From positions 1 through 64,000 of IMG/VR virus record IMGVR_UViG_3300030109_003951: a stretch of DNA of 64,000 nucleotides; one strand, written 5' to 3'. Position 1 is the stretch's first letter, and every line of letters begins with the position of its first letter. The position numbers and the translations under genes are program-made. Under the pieces are notes generated by a model. It was not told where the DNA came from. It did not search any database and saw nothing but the letters and a program-made list of their open reading frames with translations. Positions 7,742 to 17,075 of this stretch are shown here, piece by piece. This DNA is from a virus.

Positions 7742-8946
7742 CATGGCAAGATATTCTCCTCAAACAAACTAAGTTTGAAGACGACATAGATGATTGGACA
7801 GAGGTTTTTGAATCTCAAAAAAATCTAACACAATTCAAGGAGAGTATCAATTCACTAGATGAAAGAACAATTGCTTCTGTTAAGAATACACTTAGGAACA
7901 AAGAATACGGCCAAAATATAGTAAATAATGCTGACCTAGATAATAAAAAAATTTTTGACCAACCAATACCAGAAAGACTATCTCAACAAAAAAGACTATC
8001 TAAACTAGTTCAAAGAGAACTAAATGAAATCAATGAACTCATACTTGATGCTGGTGGTTTAGATATTGATGATTTAATTGAAAGGATAGTTCCAAGATTA
8101 AAAGTTAGCGAGCCAGACTTTTTAAGTATAGAAAAAGAAATTAATAATTATTTGAAAGGTGGCACCAGAGTCACCCAAATAAGAGATAGGTTGTTCCCAA
8201 AACTTAGAGGTAAAGTTCAACAAATCAGTTCTAAGATAGAATCTTTCGCAGAACCAAATACTATCAAAAGACTTGCTACAATTTTTAAGATTACAAAGGG
8301 CAACCATATAATTAAAAGACCAGAATTAGAAAAGAAATTAGAATCTTTTTATGAAACAATAATACAAAAAGGCGACCCTAGAAAAATCCAAAAGTCATTA
8401 AAAGCAAAAACAGGAAATATTTACGACCATTTATATTTACCAAATAAATCACTTACACTAGAGTTTTCTAAAGCCCTAAAAAAAGAAAAGCCAACATTAG
8501 AAGGTTTTGAAGAATTCATGTATGTTAAAGTCCCTGCTAAATCTGTAAATGAAAACTTCTTTACAGATAAAATAAAAGATAAAAATGATTTGTATATTCC
8601 TTTTGAAGATGCACAAGAATTTTTAGATGATGAGGCACCAAATGGATTAGGTGGAGTTGTAGACAATATCGGTTCTGGGCAAAGAATAGTAGTTAATGGT
8701 AAGTCTATACTCACAGGTAATAAATTACCATTAGAGAAAAATAAAGTGCTGGACGATTTCAACAAAAAAGATAAAGACTTAAGTGAGAGTTTGAGATATT
8801 GGGCTTTTAGTAAAACATCTAAAGTTAAAGATTGGGAACAATTAGCATTTGACATTTTAAGTGAGTTCTTAAAAGACTTAAGAAAAAATAAAAATCTTTT
8901 AGGTGAACTCATAAAAATGGGAATAGTAGAGGAGGTTGAGTCATGA
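7738..8946 (+). CDS. Hypothetical helical protein with leader (MTWQDILLK)
   Basis: 402-aa ORF. Confidence 0.75.
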   Translation: MTWQDILLKQTKFEDDIDDWTEVFESQKNLTQFKESINSLDERTIASVKNTLRNKEYGQNIVNNADLDNKKIFDQPIPERLSQQKRLSKLVQRELNEINELILDAGGLDIDDLIERIVPRLKVSEPDFLSIEKEINNYLKGGTRVTQIRDRLFPKLRGKVQQISSKIESFAEPNTIKRLATIFKITKGNHIIKRPELEKKLESFYETIIQKGDPRKIQKSLKAKTGNIYDHLYLPNKSLTLEFSKALKKEKPTLEGFEEFMYVKVPAKSVNENFFTDKIKDKNDLYIPFEDAQEFLDDEAPNGLGGVVDNIGSGQRIVVNGKSILTGNKLPLEKNKVLDDFNKKDKDLSESLRYWAFSKTSKVKDWEQLAFDILSEFLKDLRKNKNLLGELIKMGIVEEVES

Positions 8947-10871
8947 TTAAACAAGAAATAATTACAGATGCTTTAACTAAAATAACTAATCAGAAAAAAA
9001 CAATTAAAGAAGTTGTTCCTAATCCAACTTTAGACGGTAAGAAAAATATAACTGTTGCATTAAGAAAGCAGTTAAAAAAAATAATTACTGATGCTCTATC
9101 AAAAGCCCTTGTTAATTATTCCGATTCAAATACATTAAAATGGACAAAAGAATGGAATCCCCACTCTACAAAAAAAGGTTTGACATCAGACGATATAGAA
9201 TCTGTTGAAGTAGAAATCAAAGGAGTTCCAAACATTACAGTTGGAAACTTAATTCATGCAAACGATAACATTCAAAACAAATTAGAAAAATTCATTGCTG
9301 AGTTTGAAAAGCCAACAGAAGAAACAAAGAAAACAATAGCCAAAGATTCTTTCCCAGAAAAAGTTGGTGTTTTAAAATGGCGTTCTGCAAATTCTAGAAA
9401 GAAAGTTTATGATTATTGGGAAGGCATATCCAAAATGTTTGACGATTTAGAATCCCAAACAAGAAAATGGGCAGAAACATTAACTGATAAAAATAAAGGT
9501 AATGTTGTTGATAGTTTAGAAAACTTAGAAAACTATGTCATAAAAATAAATGATGTTCAACAAATACCAGTTGGGACACACTTAGATATTTTTGCAGATA
9601 TGTTAGAGGAAATAAAAGCCTCTCTTTTATCAGATGATGGAGTTGTAAAGTTCACTGAAAATAAAATATTAGCAGCAAAAACAGGAGATGCAGCAGACGA
9701 CATGGATGATGTTGACCCTCTTTTAGCAGTGTCCATTTCAAAAGGTTTGACTAAGTTAGGATATAGTAAAGAGACTCTATTAAGAGAAAAAGAAAACTTG
9801 TTAGAGCAAAGCAAAAAACTAGATGAAAAGCCAAGAACAATGTTTGAAAAAATGTTAGATAGTCTAATTGATGAAGCAGAGGCAATAGATGCGCCTTTCT
9901 ATCTACCCGATACAGAGTTTACCTCAACTGATGAGCAAGCAAGACAAAGGAGAGAAGACAATCACAAAAAATATCTTGAAATGATTGCGCTCGCAGCAGA
10001 CGAAAAAGAAATCGACCCTGTGCTACTAACCACACTCAAAAAATATTATGGCCCTATATCAAAAACTAATATGAATCTAATGGGAAGTCCCCCTAAGTTT
10101 ATGGAGTCCTCTACTTGGGATAACATCATGTCTTTAGATAGTGAGTCCACTTTAGATTATGATGATACTTTAGTTTCTGCAAAACAAATGGAGGCTTTAG
10201 CAGAATTCATAGGTAAATATCGTAAAGGTGCATTGGAAGTGTATGATGATAACACTAAAGATTTAGCCTTCAAAGTTTTTGGAGTTTTAGATGAATTATT
10301 TAAAGGTGAACATCGCAAAGCAAATCAAGAAACTCTTGGTTGGTTCTTAAATAAAAACAACCCTCCTGCTGGAGAAAGATTCATGGGTGAATCCATCGAA
10401 GAACTTGCTGATAGATACGATGAACAAAAAGAATCATCTTATCCATTATTAGATATGGAAGGTTTAATCAATAGTCCTAAATTTATTAGTTTATTTGAAC
10501 CAACAGACCCAGATGCAAAATTAGAAAATGTAAAACCTACAGTAAAGAAAAAATTATTTGAGCAAGTTAAAAAATTAAACAACAATTACAAAAAATTAGC
10601 AAAGAAGAAAAAAGACATTAATTCACAAATTTTAGAAACTCACGATGTTATTAGGAAATCTTTTGGTAAACCAATTTATTATGGTATGAATGATTTGACA
10701 GACATAGAAGATACCAGTTATGTTTTGAAAAGATTATCCTCAAAAGGGTATGATTTGACTGCTGTAGAATTAACTGCTATAGTTGATTCGATAAGTTCTC
10801 TTGACAGAATTGCTAAGTCTTTTGGAGTAAATGAAGAAATAGTATATCTGGCAAAGGGGCTATGTAGATGA
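8943..10871 (+). CDS. Large hypothetical helical protein, possible C-terminal HTH
   Basis: 642-aa ORF coupled to TerL. Confidence 0.75.
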   Translation: MIKQEIITDALTKITNQKKTIKEVVPNPTLDGKKNITVALRKQLKKIITDALSKALVNYSDSNTLKWTKEWNPHSTKKGLTSDDIESVEVEIKGVPNITVGNLIHANDNIQNKLEKFIAEFEKPTEETKKTIAKDSFPEKVGVLKWRSANSRKKVYDYWEGISKMFDDLESQTRKWAETLTDKNKGNVVDSLENLENYVIKINDVQQIPVGTHLDIFADMLEEIKASLLSDDGVVKFTENKILAAKTGDAADDMDDVDPLLAVSISKGLTKLGYSKETLLREKENLLEQSKKLDEKPRTMFEKMLDSLIDEAEAIDAPFYLPDTEFTSTDEQARQRREDNHKKYLEMIALAADEKEIDPVLLTTLKKYYGPISKTNMNLMGSPPKFMESSTWDNIMSLDSESTLDYDDTLVSAKQMEALAEFIGKYRKGALEVYDDNTKDLAFKVFGVLDELFKGEHRKANQETLGWFLNKNNPPAGERFMGESIEELADRYDEQKESSYPLLDMEGLINSPKFISLFEPTDPDAKLENVKPTVKKKLFEQVKKLNNNYKKLAKKKKDINSQILETHDVIRKSFGKPIYYGMNDLTDIEDTSYVLKRLSSKGYDLTAVELTAIVDSISSLDRIAKSFGVNEEIVYLAKGLCR

Positions 10872-12304
10872 CAGAAATAGGAATGTTAGATTTTGAAACT
10901 AAAATGGATATGGAATTATCCAAAACATCTTTTCCTTATTTTTTTCAGAATGTATTAGGTTGGGAATTTACTCATTTCCATCAAGAGTGGCTAGAACTTA
11001 TGGAATCAACAGACCGTACTGTTATCATTTGTAGTCGTGACCACGGTAAATCTGTATTTATGCATTCATGGGTAGTTTGGAATTTATGTTTTCAACCACC
11101 ACCATTTCAAATGTTATACATTTCATCTAACCATAAACAGACTATGGTTCACATGAGAGATATTGACAAGATGTTTAATCATAAATCGTTAGCACAATTT
11201 AGACCAAGTAGAGGTTGGGCCATAGGAAACATTACACTTACTAATGGTAATTCAATTCTTGAGCGTTCAGTAGGCTCTCAGATTCGTGGTCTTCATCCTC
11301 AAGAGATAATTATTGACGACCCTTTGAAAGAGTTCTCTATGTCTGCAATTAACAAAGTTACTGATTGGTTTTTCGGAGATATGATACCAACACTTCACCA
11401 CACTGCTAGTCTTAGAATGATTGGCACTCCTTTTTCTTACACTGATATTTTTACACAGTTAGAAGAGAACGAAGCCTACACTGTTAGAAAATATCCTTGT
11501 TTCAACCAACTCAATGAACCACTTTGGCCAGAGAGATGGGATTATGATGCCCTAATGCAAAGAAAGACAGAAGTTGGCTCATTAAAATTCACAAGAGAAT
11601 ATATGTGTATTCCTATCTCAACTGGAACATCACTGTTCAATGTAGAACACGTTCAACAATGTATTAGTAAAGAAGACATTCTTAGAATGAGAAATAGAGA
11701 AGGTTACAAATATTTTGTAGGTGTTGACCCTGCTATATCAACAGATGGTGACTACAATGTTATTGTCGTATTAGAAGTTGATGAAGAAAAAAATAAACGA
11801 GTGGTGTTTGTAGATAGACAAAAGAATGTTCAGTTTAGGGAAAACATAAACAAACTAAAATTAGTTGGTCAATTATTTCAACCAGAAGTAATCTTATTTG
11901 AAACTAATACTTTTGCTAAATCATTTACACAAGAATTGCGTAATGAAACCGATTTGAATGTTAGAGATTTCAATACAACTAGAAAAAAGAAACAAGAGAT
12001 AATTCTTAACTTACAAATGAATATAGAGAATCACAAAATAGTTTTACCTAAAGGAAATGAAGAGTCCAAAAGAATGACTGATTTAATTGTAGATGAACTT
12101 AGTATGTTCAGTATATTAGATAATGGTAGGTTTGCGGGAGTTGGGGCGCATGATGATTTAGTGATGGGATTGGCCCTCGCTAACTCTGCAACCCACACTT
12201 TGAACGAATCTTTTGTTTTATTAGATGATATTGATATATTTGATTCTCCCGTCACTACACAGGTGGGACAAATGGGAGGTGGTGTATTTGGCCTTAATAT
12301 CTAA
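10868..12304 (+). CDS. terL: Terminase large subunit
   Basis: Walker A SRDHGKS, Walker B IIIDD, motif III IGTP, RNase H-like nuclease VGVDPA...HDDLVMGLALA. Confidence 0.93.
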   Translation: MTEIGMLDFETKMDMELSKTSFPYFFQNVLGWEFTHFHQEWLELMESTDRTVIICSRDHGKSVFMHSWVVWNLCFQPPPFQMLYISSNHKQTMVHMRDIDKMFNHKSLAQFRPSRGWAIGNITLTNGNSILERSVGSQIRGLHPQEIIIDDPLKEFSMSAINKVTDWFFGDMIPTLHHTASLRMIGTPFSYTDIFTQLEENEAYTVRKYPCFNQLNEPLWPERWDYDALMQRKTEVGSLKFTREYMCIPISTGTSLFNVEHVQQCISKEDILRMRNREGYKYFVGVDPAISTDGDYNVIVVLEVDEEKNKRVVFVDRQKNVQFRENINKLKLVGQLFQPEVILFETNTFAKSFTQELRNETDLNVRDFNTTRKKKQEIILNLQMNIENHKIVLPKGNEESKRMTDLIVDELSMFSILDNGRFAGVGAHDDLVMGLALANSATHTLNESFVLLDDIDIFDSPVTTQVGQMGGGVFGLNI

Positions 12305-13628
12305 GCAACCGATGAGTTCTGAAGAGTTACGACAAGGTGCTGTAGCGTTAGATGAACTTGCTAGTGCCACACAAGATTTTGAGGAGCAATATTTGAAATG
12401 GATTTCTTCTCAACCCCTTGATGATGAATACAATGTTATCAAAAATGCTGCTAAAGAATTCAATCTTAATTTATCTCAAGCAAGAGAACAAGTTGAAAAG
12501 TTTCCTTCTGAATATAAGATAGAAGGGGAAGGGATAGTTGATGTGGTAAAAAGATTGAGAGATTATAGAACTACACTTAAAGGTGACATTAAAAAAGATT
12601 TTACTAAATCTATTGTTAATGTTATTAATGGATATTCTTCACATTTAGACGATTGTATAAAATCTATTTATTGGTTGAGTGATTATCAAAAACCACTTAA
12701 GTCAATGTCTTTTAAAGAAAGCGATTTAAGAAAAATATACGAAATAAAAGATTATTCTACAAGAGCGCAACTAGTAGATATTTTATGTAAATATTGGGAA
12801 GCAGATTTAGAACGTAAAAGTTTACAAGGCACAGAATATTTCAAATCAGAACATTCACTAACCAAATGTAAAAAAGAATTTAGGGGTTTTATGAAATCAT
12901 TACCTAATAGGTATGATTGGACTGATAAATTGAATACCCACATTTTGAAATGTGTTTCTGATGACCAAGGAATTACTTGTAGGTCAATCATGGATAAGAT
13001 GGATTCGTCTTTACAAAAAAGGAGCAGCCCACAAATTATTGCAAAACATGCTAAGAAGATTGGCGTAACAATAGTTGAAGAACAATATTACAAATTAAAT
13101 GACACATTCAAAAAAGACATCAGTGCATATACTGCGGCTTTCATAGATTCAGATGGTTATATCACTTTAGATAAAAATCTAAATCCTAGAGTTGGTCTTA
13201 TTGCTACTGGTGATAGGGGCAAAGCATTCATGATAGAAATGCACAAAGCATTAGGTAATGGTAAATTACATCTTGACCAAAAGTCACCACAAAATACTAG
13301 AGCAGTAAACAGACTTAATTTTTATTCTCAAGATGATGTCCATAAAGTGTTAACTCAATGTCGCCCACATTTTAGAATGAAAGGGCCACAAGCAGATTTA
13401 TTATTAGAAATAGTTAGAATTAAAAAATATCATAAAAAACAAGATTGGGCTAAAGACCGTATGCAAGAAATATACAAATTAATGAAATGGTATAATCATT
13501 CAGATAACAAAAGTTATGATTGGTTAAAATATAATGTTGATATTTTTGCTATTGATAAATTAGAAGGTAATTGCAAAATGAATCTGATGGATGAATTAGA
13601 TTCAATTAGTAAAGGAGAGGAAGAATAA
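12225..13628 (+). CDS. Protein with long helical N-terminus and C-terminal LAGLIDADG domain
   Basis: AYTAAFIDSDGYI plus a typical LAGLIDADG beta/alpha tail (..RPHFRMK..QA.L); real start probably 12288 (TTG) or 12312. Confidence 0.75.
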   Translation: MILIYLILPSLHRWDKWEVVYLALISKQPMSSEELRQGAVALDELASATQDFEEQYLKWISSQPLDDEYNVIKNAAKEFNLNLSQAREQVEKFPSEYKIEGEGIVDVVKRLRDYRTTLKGDIKKDFTKSIVNVINGYSSHLDDCIKSIYWLSDYQKPLKSMSFKESDLRKIYEIKDYSTRAQLVDILCKYWEADLERKSLQGTEYFKSEHSLTKCKKEFRGFMKSLPNRYDWTDKLNTHILKCVSDDQGITCRSIMDKMDSSLQKRSSPQIIAKHAKKIGVTIVEEQYYKLNDTFKKDISAYTAAFIDSDGYITLDKNLNPRVGLIATGDRGKAFMIEMHKALGNGKLHLDQKSPQNTRAVNRLNFYSQDDVHKVLTQCRPHFRMKGPQADLLLEIVRIKKYHKKQDWAKDRMQEIYKLMKWYNHSDNKSYDWLKYNVDIFAIDKLEGNCKMNLMDELDSISKGEEE

Positions 13629-15229
13629 TGGCAGAAGGAAATATATTTAGTAGGTTGTTTAGAAAAAGAACACCTATACCGTCAGATAGAAAAGTTTTCA
13701 ATATTGGAATACAAGAAAGAGACAACTCTTTTTTCTTGTCTATACCATTATTGTATCATATTGCAAATTCTTCTGTAATTTGTAGAACTTGTACTACTCA
13801 ATTAAAAAATGAAGTATTTAGGAGAGGTTTTACTTTTGCTAAAAAATTCACTATGAAGTGTAGACAGTGTGATAAAGAATTTGAACAACAAGTAGGAGAA
13901 TGTGCTAAATGTGGTTCTATGGAGTTTGATGTTCCAGACGAAGAACAATTGAAATATGCTAAGAAATTGTTAACAGGTTATGTCAATGGTGCAAATCAAA
14001 TGTTTGTTGATGTGCTAAGAGAGTTAGAAGATGACTTAAATATCATAGATGATGCATATATTGTTTTAGTCAAAGAGTATTTTTGTGATGCTAAAGGAAA
14101 TATCAAACTACATAAGATAAAAGAAGTCTTTAGAGGCGACCCTGCATCTATGACTATCTATGCAGATGAAGTTGGTGAAAGAGGACAAAAAGGATTTATT
14201 GATATTCAAAATAGAGATTTTATTTCTGAAAATGCATATGATACTCATCCCGAATCTGGTAATGTTTTACAACCAGTGCATTACGTTAATAGGGCTACTG
14301 GGGAAGAAGAATATTTCATTGAAGGTGAGGTTTTACATTTTAGTAAATATGCCCCTTCGAGATTATATGGTTCAAGTCCAGTTATGACATTGTTTAGCCA
14401 TTTGACTACATTGATAGCAATGGAAAATTATGTCAACGCATCTTATACTAAATCTAGAATGCCTAGAGGTATTCTCGCAGTTCAAACTAGAAACATGGAT
14501 TCCATGAGGCAGTTTTGGAGAAGTGTCAAAGAAAAGATGGAAAGTGACCCACACTTTATCCCAGTCATGGGAATTGAAGCAGAAGGTAGAGGTGCTGTGG
14601 AATGGGTCAAATTTATGGACAGTCTAAAAGAAATGGATTATGTTGCAGTTAAAGAAGATTTAAGAGATAGGGTTGCTGCTTTCTATGGGGTTAGTAAAAT
14701 ATTCATGGCTGACAATACTGCTAGTGGTGGATTAAATAATGAAGGTATGCAAATTCTTGTTACTAATCGTGCAGTAGAAATGGCACAGAATGTTTACAAT
14801 CATTATGTGTTCCCTTGGTTAATGGAAGAGTTCGGGGTTACTGATTGGGAATTGGTGTTGCCACCGTCAGAAGAAGAAGATGAGATTGCCTCTTTAAGAA
14901 AAAGAGAAATTGAAATCGGTCTTGCTTCACAAATGCAAGGTTTAGGGTTTGAAGTTGATTTAGATGATGAGAACAATTTTGTTTACAGTAAACCTCCACC
15001 AGCACCAGAAATGAAGATGGAAGATGAGGTGATGTTAGGTGATACTGCTATGGGTGGGCCTCCTATGGAAGAAGTTCCTATGGAGGAACAAGTTGAAGAA
15101 GTTGAAGAAACTCCGACAGATACACCCGATGTCCGTATGAGCGTAGGGCCACCACAAAGATTCAGTGGTTTACCAGAAGAAGCAGCGAACAATAATGTCG
15201 ATAGAAGAACAGAGAGGCGAGTAGGATGA
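13628..15229 (+). CDS. Portal protein with zinc-ribbon insertion
   Basis: Position after TerL; EVLHF...LYGSSP, PRGIL, RVAAFYGV portal-like motifs; CRQC...CAKC. Confidence 0.85.
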   Translation: MAEGNIFSRLFRKRTPIPSDRKVFNIGIQERDNSFFLSIPLLYHIANSSVICRTCTTQLKNEVFRRGFTFAKKFTMKCRQCDKEFEQQVGECAKCGSMEFDVPDEEQLKYAKKLLTGYVNGANQMFVDVLRELEDDLNIIDDAYIVLVKEYFCDAKGNIKLHKIKEVFRGDPASMTIYADEVGERGQKGFIDIQNRDFISENAYDTHPESGNVLQPVHYVNRATGEEEYFIEGEVLHFSKYAPSRLYGSSPVMTLFSHLTTLIAMENYVNASYTKSRMPRGILAVQTRNMDSMRQFWRSVKEKMESDPHFIPVMGIEAEGRGAVEWVKFMDSLKEMDYVAVKEDLRDRVAAFYGVSKIFMADNTASGGLNNEGMQILVTNRAVEMAQNVYNHYVFPWLMEEFGVTDWELVLPPSEEEDEIASLRKREIEIGLASQMQGLGFEVDLDDENNFVYSKPPPAPEMKMEDEVMLGDTAMGGPPMEEVPMEEQVEEVEETPTDTPDVRMSVGPPQRFSGLPEEAANNNVDRRTERRVG

Positions 15230-15621
15230 GTTGGCGAAATATATTAAAACAAGATGATAAAGACGATATTGAAAATAAGTTAATTAGGTTATTAGATAGT
15301 TGGCTTGATAGGAATGCTAATTTTGAAGATTTACAATATATGGCCCAAAGACCAGTTGATATTGATAATAATGAAGATTTAGTTGCTGATGTCGAATTTG
15401 AGAATAATTCTGAGCGAGATTTAGATGATGAACAAGCATTTGAAGAAGGTGAAGGTTTTTTTATTATTCAAATTAGAACAGATGGGAATGAGCAAAGTCG
15501 TCAAGGAAACCCATACAAAATAGCAAGATATAATTTTTTACATGATGAAGGGATAGTAGATATAGAGCCAGTATCAATTGGTTTTATGCCCATTGAATAT
15601 GCAAGGAGGTTAGTGGAATGA
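15226..15621 (+). CDS. Acidic protein with leader (MSWRNILK)
   Basis: ORF overlapping the portal stop. Confidence 0.7.
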   Translation: MSWRNILKQDDKDDIENKLIRLLDSWLDRNANFEDLQYMAQRPVDIDNNEDLVADVEFENNSERDLDDEQAFEEGEGFFIIQIRTDGNEQSRQGNPYKIARYNFLHDEGIVDIEPVSIGFMPIEYARRLVE

Positions 15622-15824
15622 CAACAAGAGAAGAAGTAATAAAATTGAAAAAAGAATTAGCAAGAAAACAGGCTGCGTTAGCACATAGAGATAGAAGAGT
15701 AGAAGTACAAAGAGATTTTACTCCTAGTCAACCTAAAGCACTTAAAGAAAGAAAAATGCCTAACTCAGTGCCTAATGTGATACAGTATAAGAAAACTCCC
15801 AAAAGAACAGAAAACAAGTGGTAA
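15618..15824 (+). CDS. Small basic hypothetical protein
   Basis: ORF with GGAGG SD. Confidence 0.6.
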   Translation: MTTREEVIKLKKELARKQAALAHRDRRVEVQRDFTPSQPKALKERKMPNSVPNVIQYKKTPKRTENKW

Positions 15825-15826
15825 AC

Positions 15827-16189
15827 GTGAATTGGCAATTAATACTTAAGGCTCCGCTTGAAAAAGCACTTAATCCTAAACTAGCATCTTTACCAGATGA
15901 GCCTAGAAAAAGATTAAAGAAAACACTTCAAGCAGCAGAGCCTTCTGAGTATTTTGGTCAAGATTATACTAGACTTGGGGAACTTATAGATTTAATTCAA
16001 GAAATGGATTTCACTAAAGAAGATAGTGAGTTAGATGAAAAGATAAAGTCAATCAGTGAACAAAACATAGATATGGTGGCTACTGCTGCGAGGTTGCGTA
16101 AGACTTATGAAACATTGTACTTACAGGTTAGAAAAATAGTATATCCAGATGCCAGTGAAGGAAGTTTAAGAGAGGAGGAAGAAGTATGA
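15827..16189 (+). CDS. Helical protein with leader (MNWQLILK, GTG start)
   Basis: ORF 15818..16189; GTG at 15827 places the leader at the N-terminus. Confidence 0.65.
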   Translation: MNWQLILKAPLEKALNPKLASLPDEPRKRLKKTLQAAEPSEYFGQDYTRLGELIDLIQEMDFTKEDSELDEKIKSISEQNIDMVATAARLRKTYETLYLQVRKIVYPDASEGSLREEEEV

Positions 16190-16470
16190 CATGGGAAGAA
16201 ATAGTAAAGGTAAAATTTCAAGGGCCACCACAAGACCCAAGTGGAATAAGACAATCTCCTCATTATAGAATAGGGGCTTTTACACAAACAATGAAAACTG
16301 CACTGGAGAATTTGAAAAATTTAGTAAAAGAACATCCAGATATGAAAAACAATTACCATATTAAAGATACTATAACACAACTTGAACGTGGATTAAAGAT
16401 GCAAGATGAGATTGATAGGTATAAGACGTATAATAGAAAAGATTACCCCGAAGAACATTTTAAGAGATGA
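16186..16470 (+). CDS. Small protein with leader (MTWEEIVK)
   Basis: ORF with GAGGAGG SD. Confidence 0.7.
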   Translation: MTWEEIVKVKFQGPPQDPSGIRQSPHYRIGAFTQTMKTALENLKNLVKEHPDMKNNYHIKDTITQLERGLKMQDEIDRYKTYNRKDYPEEHFKR

Positions 16471-16476
16471 TATAAA

Positions 16477-16710
16477 ATGAGTGAAGAAAATGAAGTATTA
16501 GATATTTTAAAACAATTAGTTGATAGAATTAAAACATTAGAAAAACACGTTTACAATGAAGATAACGTGTTAATGAAATCTGGTTGGGTGCAAACAAAGT
16601 CACCTTCACCATCAGTAGATAATGATAGAACAGGAATGCCTAAGAATATTGGGGATAAATCTTGGGGCGAATTACATGATATAATTTCAAAAATGGAGGG
16701 TCGACAATGA
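16477..16710 (+). CDS. Mini scaffold-like protein (coiled coil plus KSWGELH C-terminal helix)
   Basis: C-terminus resembles the protease-scaffold C-terminus KMSWDELHQVI. Confidence 0.6.
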   Translation: MSEENEVLDILKQLVDRIKTLEKHVYNEDNVLMKSGWVQTKSPSPSVDNDRTGMPKNIGDKSWGELHDIISKMEGRQ

Positions 16711-17069
16711 CACGATACATAAAACCTAGAAAAGTAGTAAACATAAGAACAGATATGGAGCCATACTTCAAGAAAAAAGAAGAACATGTGGCAGATGATG
16801 AGAAAGGCCCAATGTCTTTCTTTGGTAGAAAACCCCCAACAACCTCATTAGCCTATGAAGATTTATTTGAAGGTAAAACTGGTGAAGATGTTAAAGGAAA
16901 AAAACCAACAGCAGAAAAAGATAAGCCTAGAGGAGAGGATGGTAAATCCAACCAAAGTAGAACTACACCAATGGATGGTAAAAAATATTCTAATTTAGAT
17001 GTGACCACTGTTGATGTTAGCAAACAGGTCATGAGTAAAATCAATGAAATTAAAAGTATGTTAGAGTGA
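16707..17069 (+). CDS. Hypothetical, largely disordered protein
   Basis: ORF. Confidence 0.65.
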   Translation: MTRYIKPRKVVNIRTDMEPYFKKKEEHVADDEKGPMSFFGRKPPTTSLAYEDLFEGKTGEDVKGKKPTAEKDKPRGEDGKSNQSRTTPMDGKKYSNLDVTTVDVSKQVMSKINEIKSMLE

Positions 17070-17075
17070 TGTAAT

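Noticed and set aside
12225-13628. LAGLIDADG ORF as an intein or group I intron in TerL or portal
   Set aside because: Both flanking genes appear complete; no intein splice residues and no non-coding intron core
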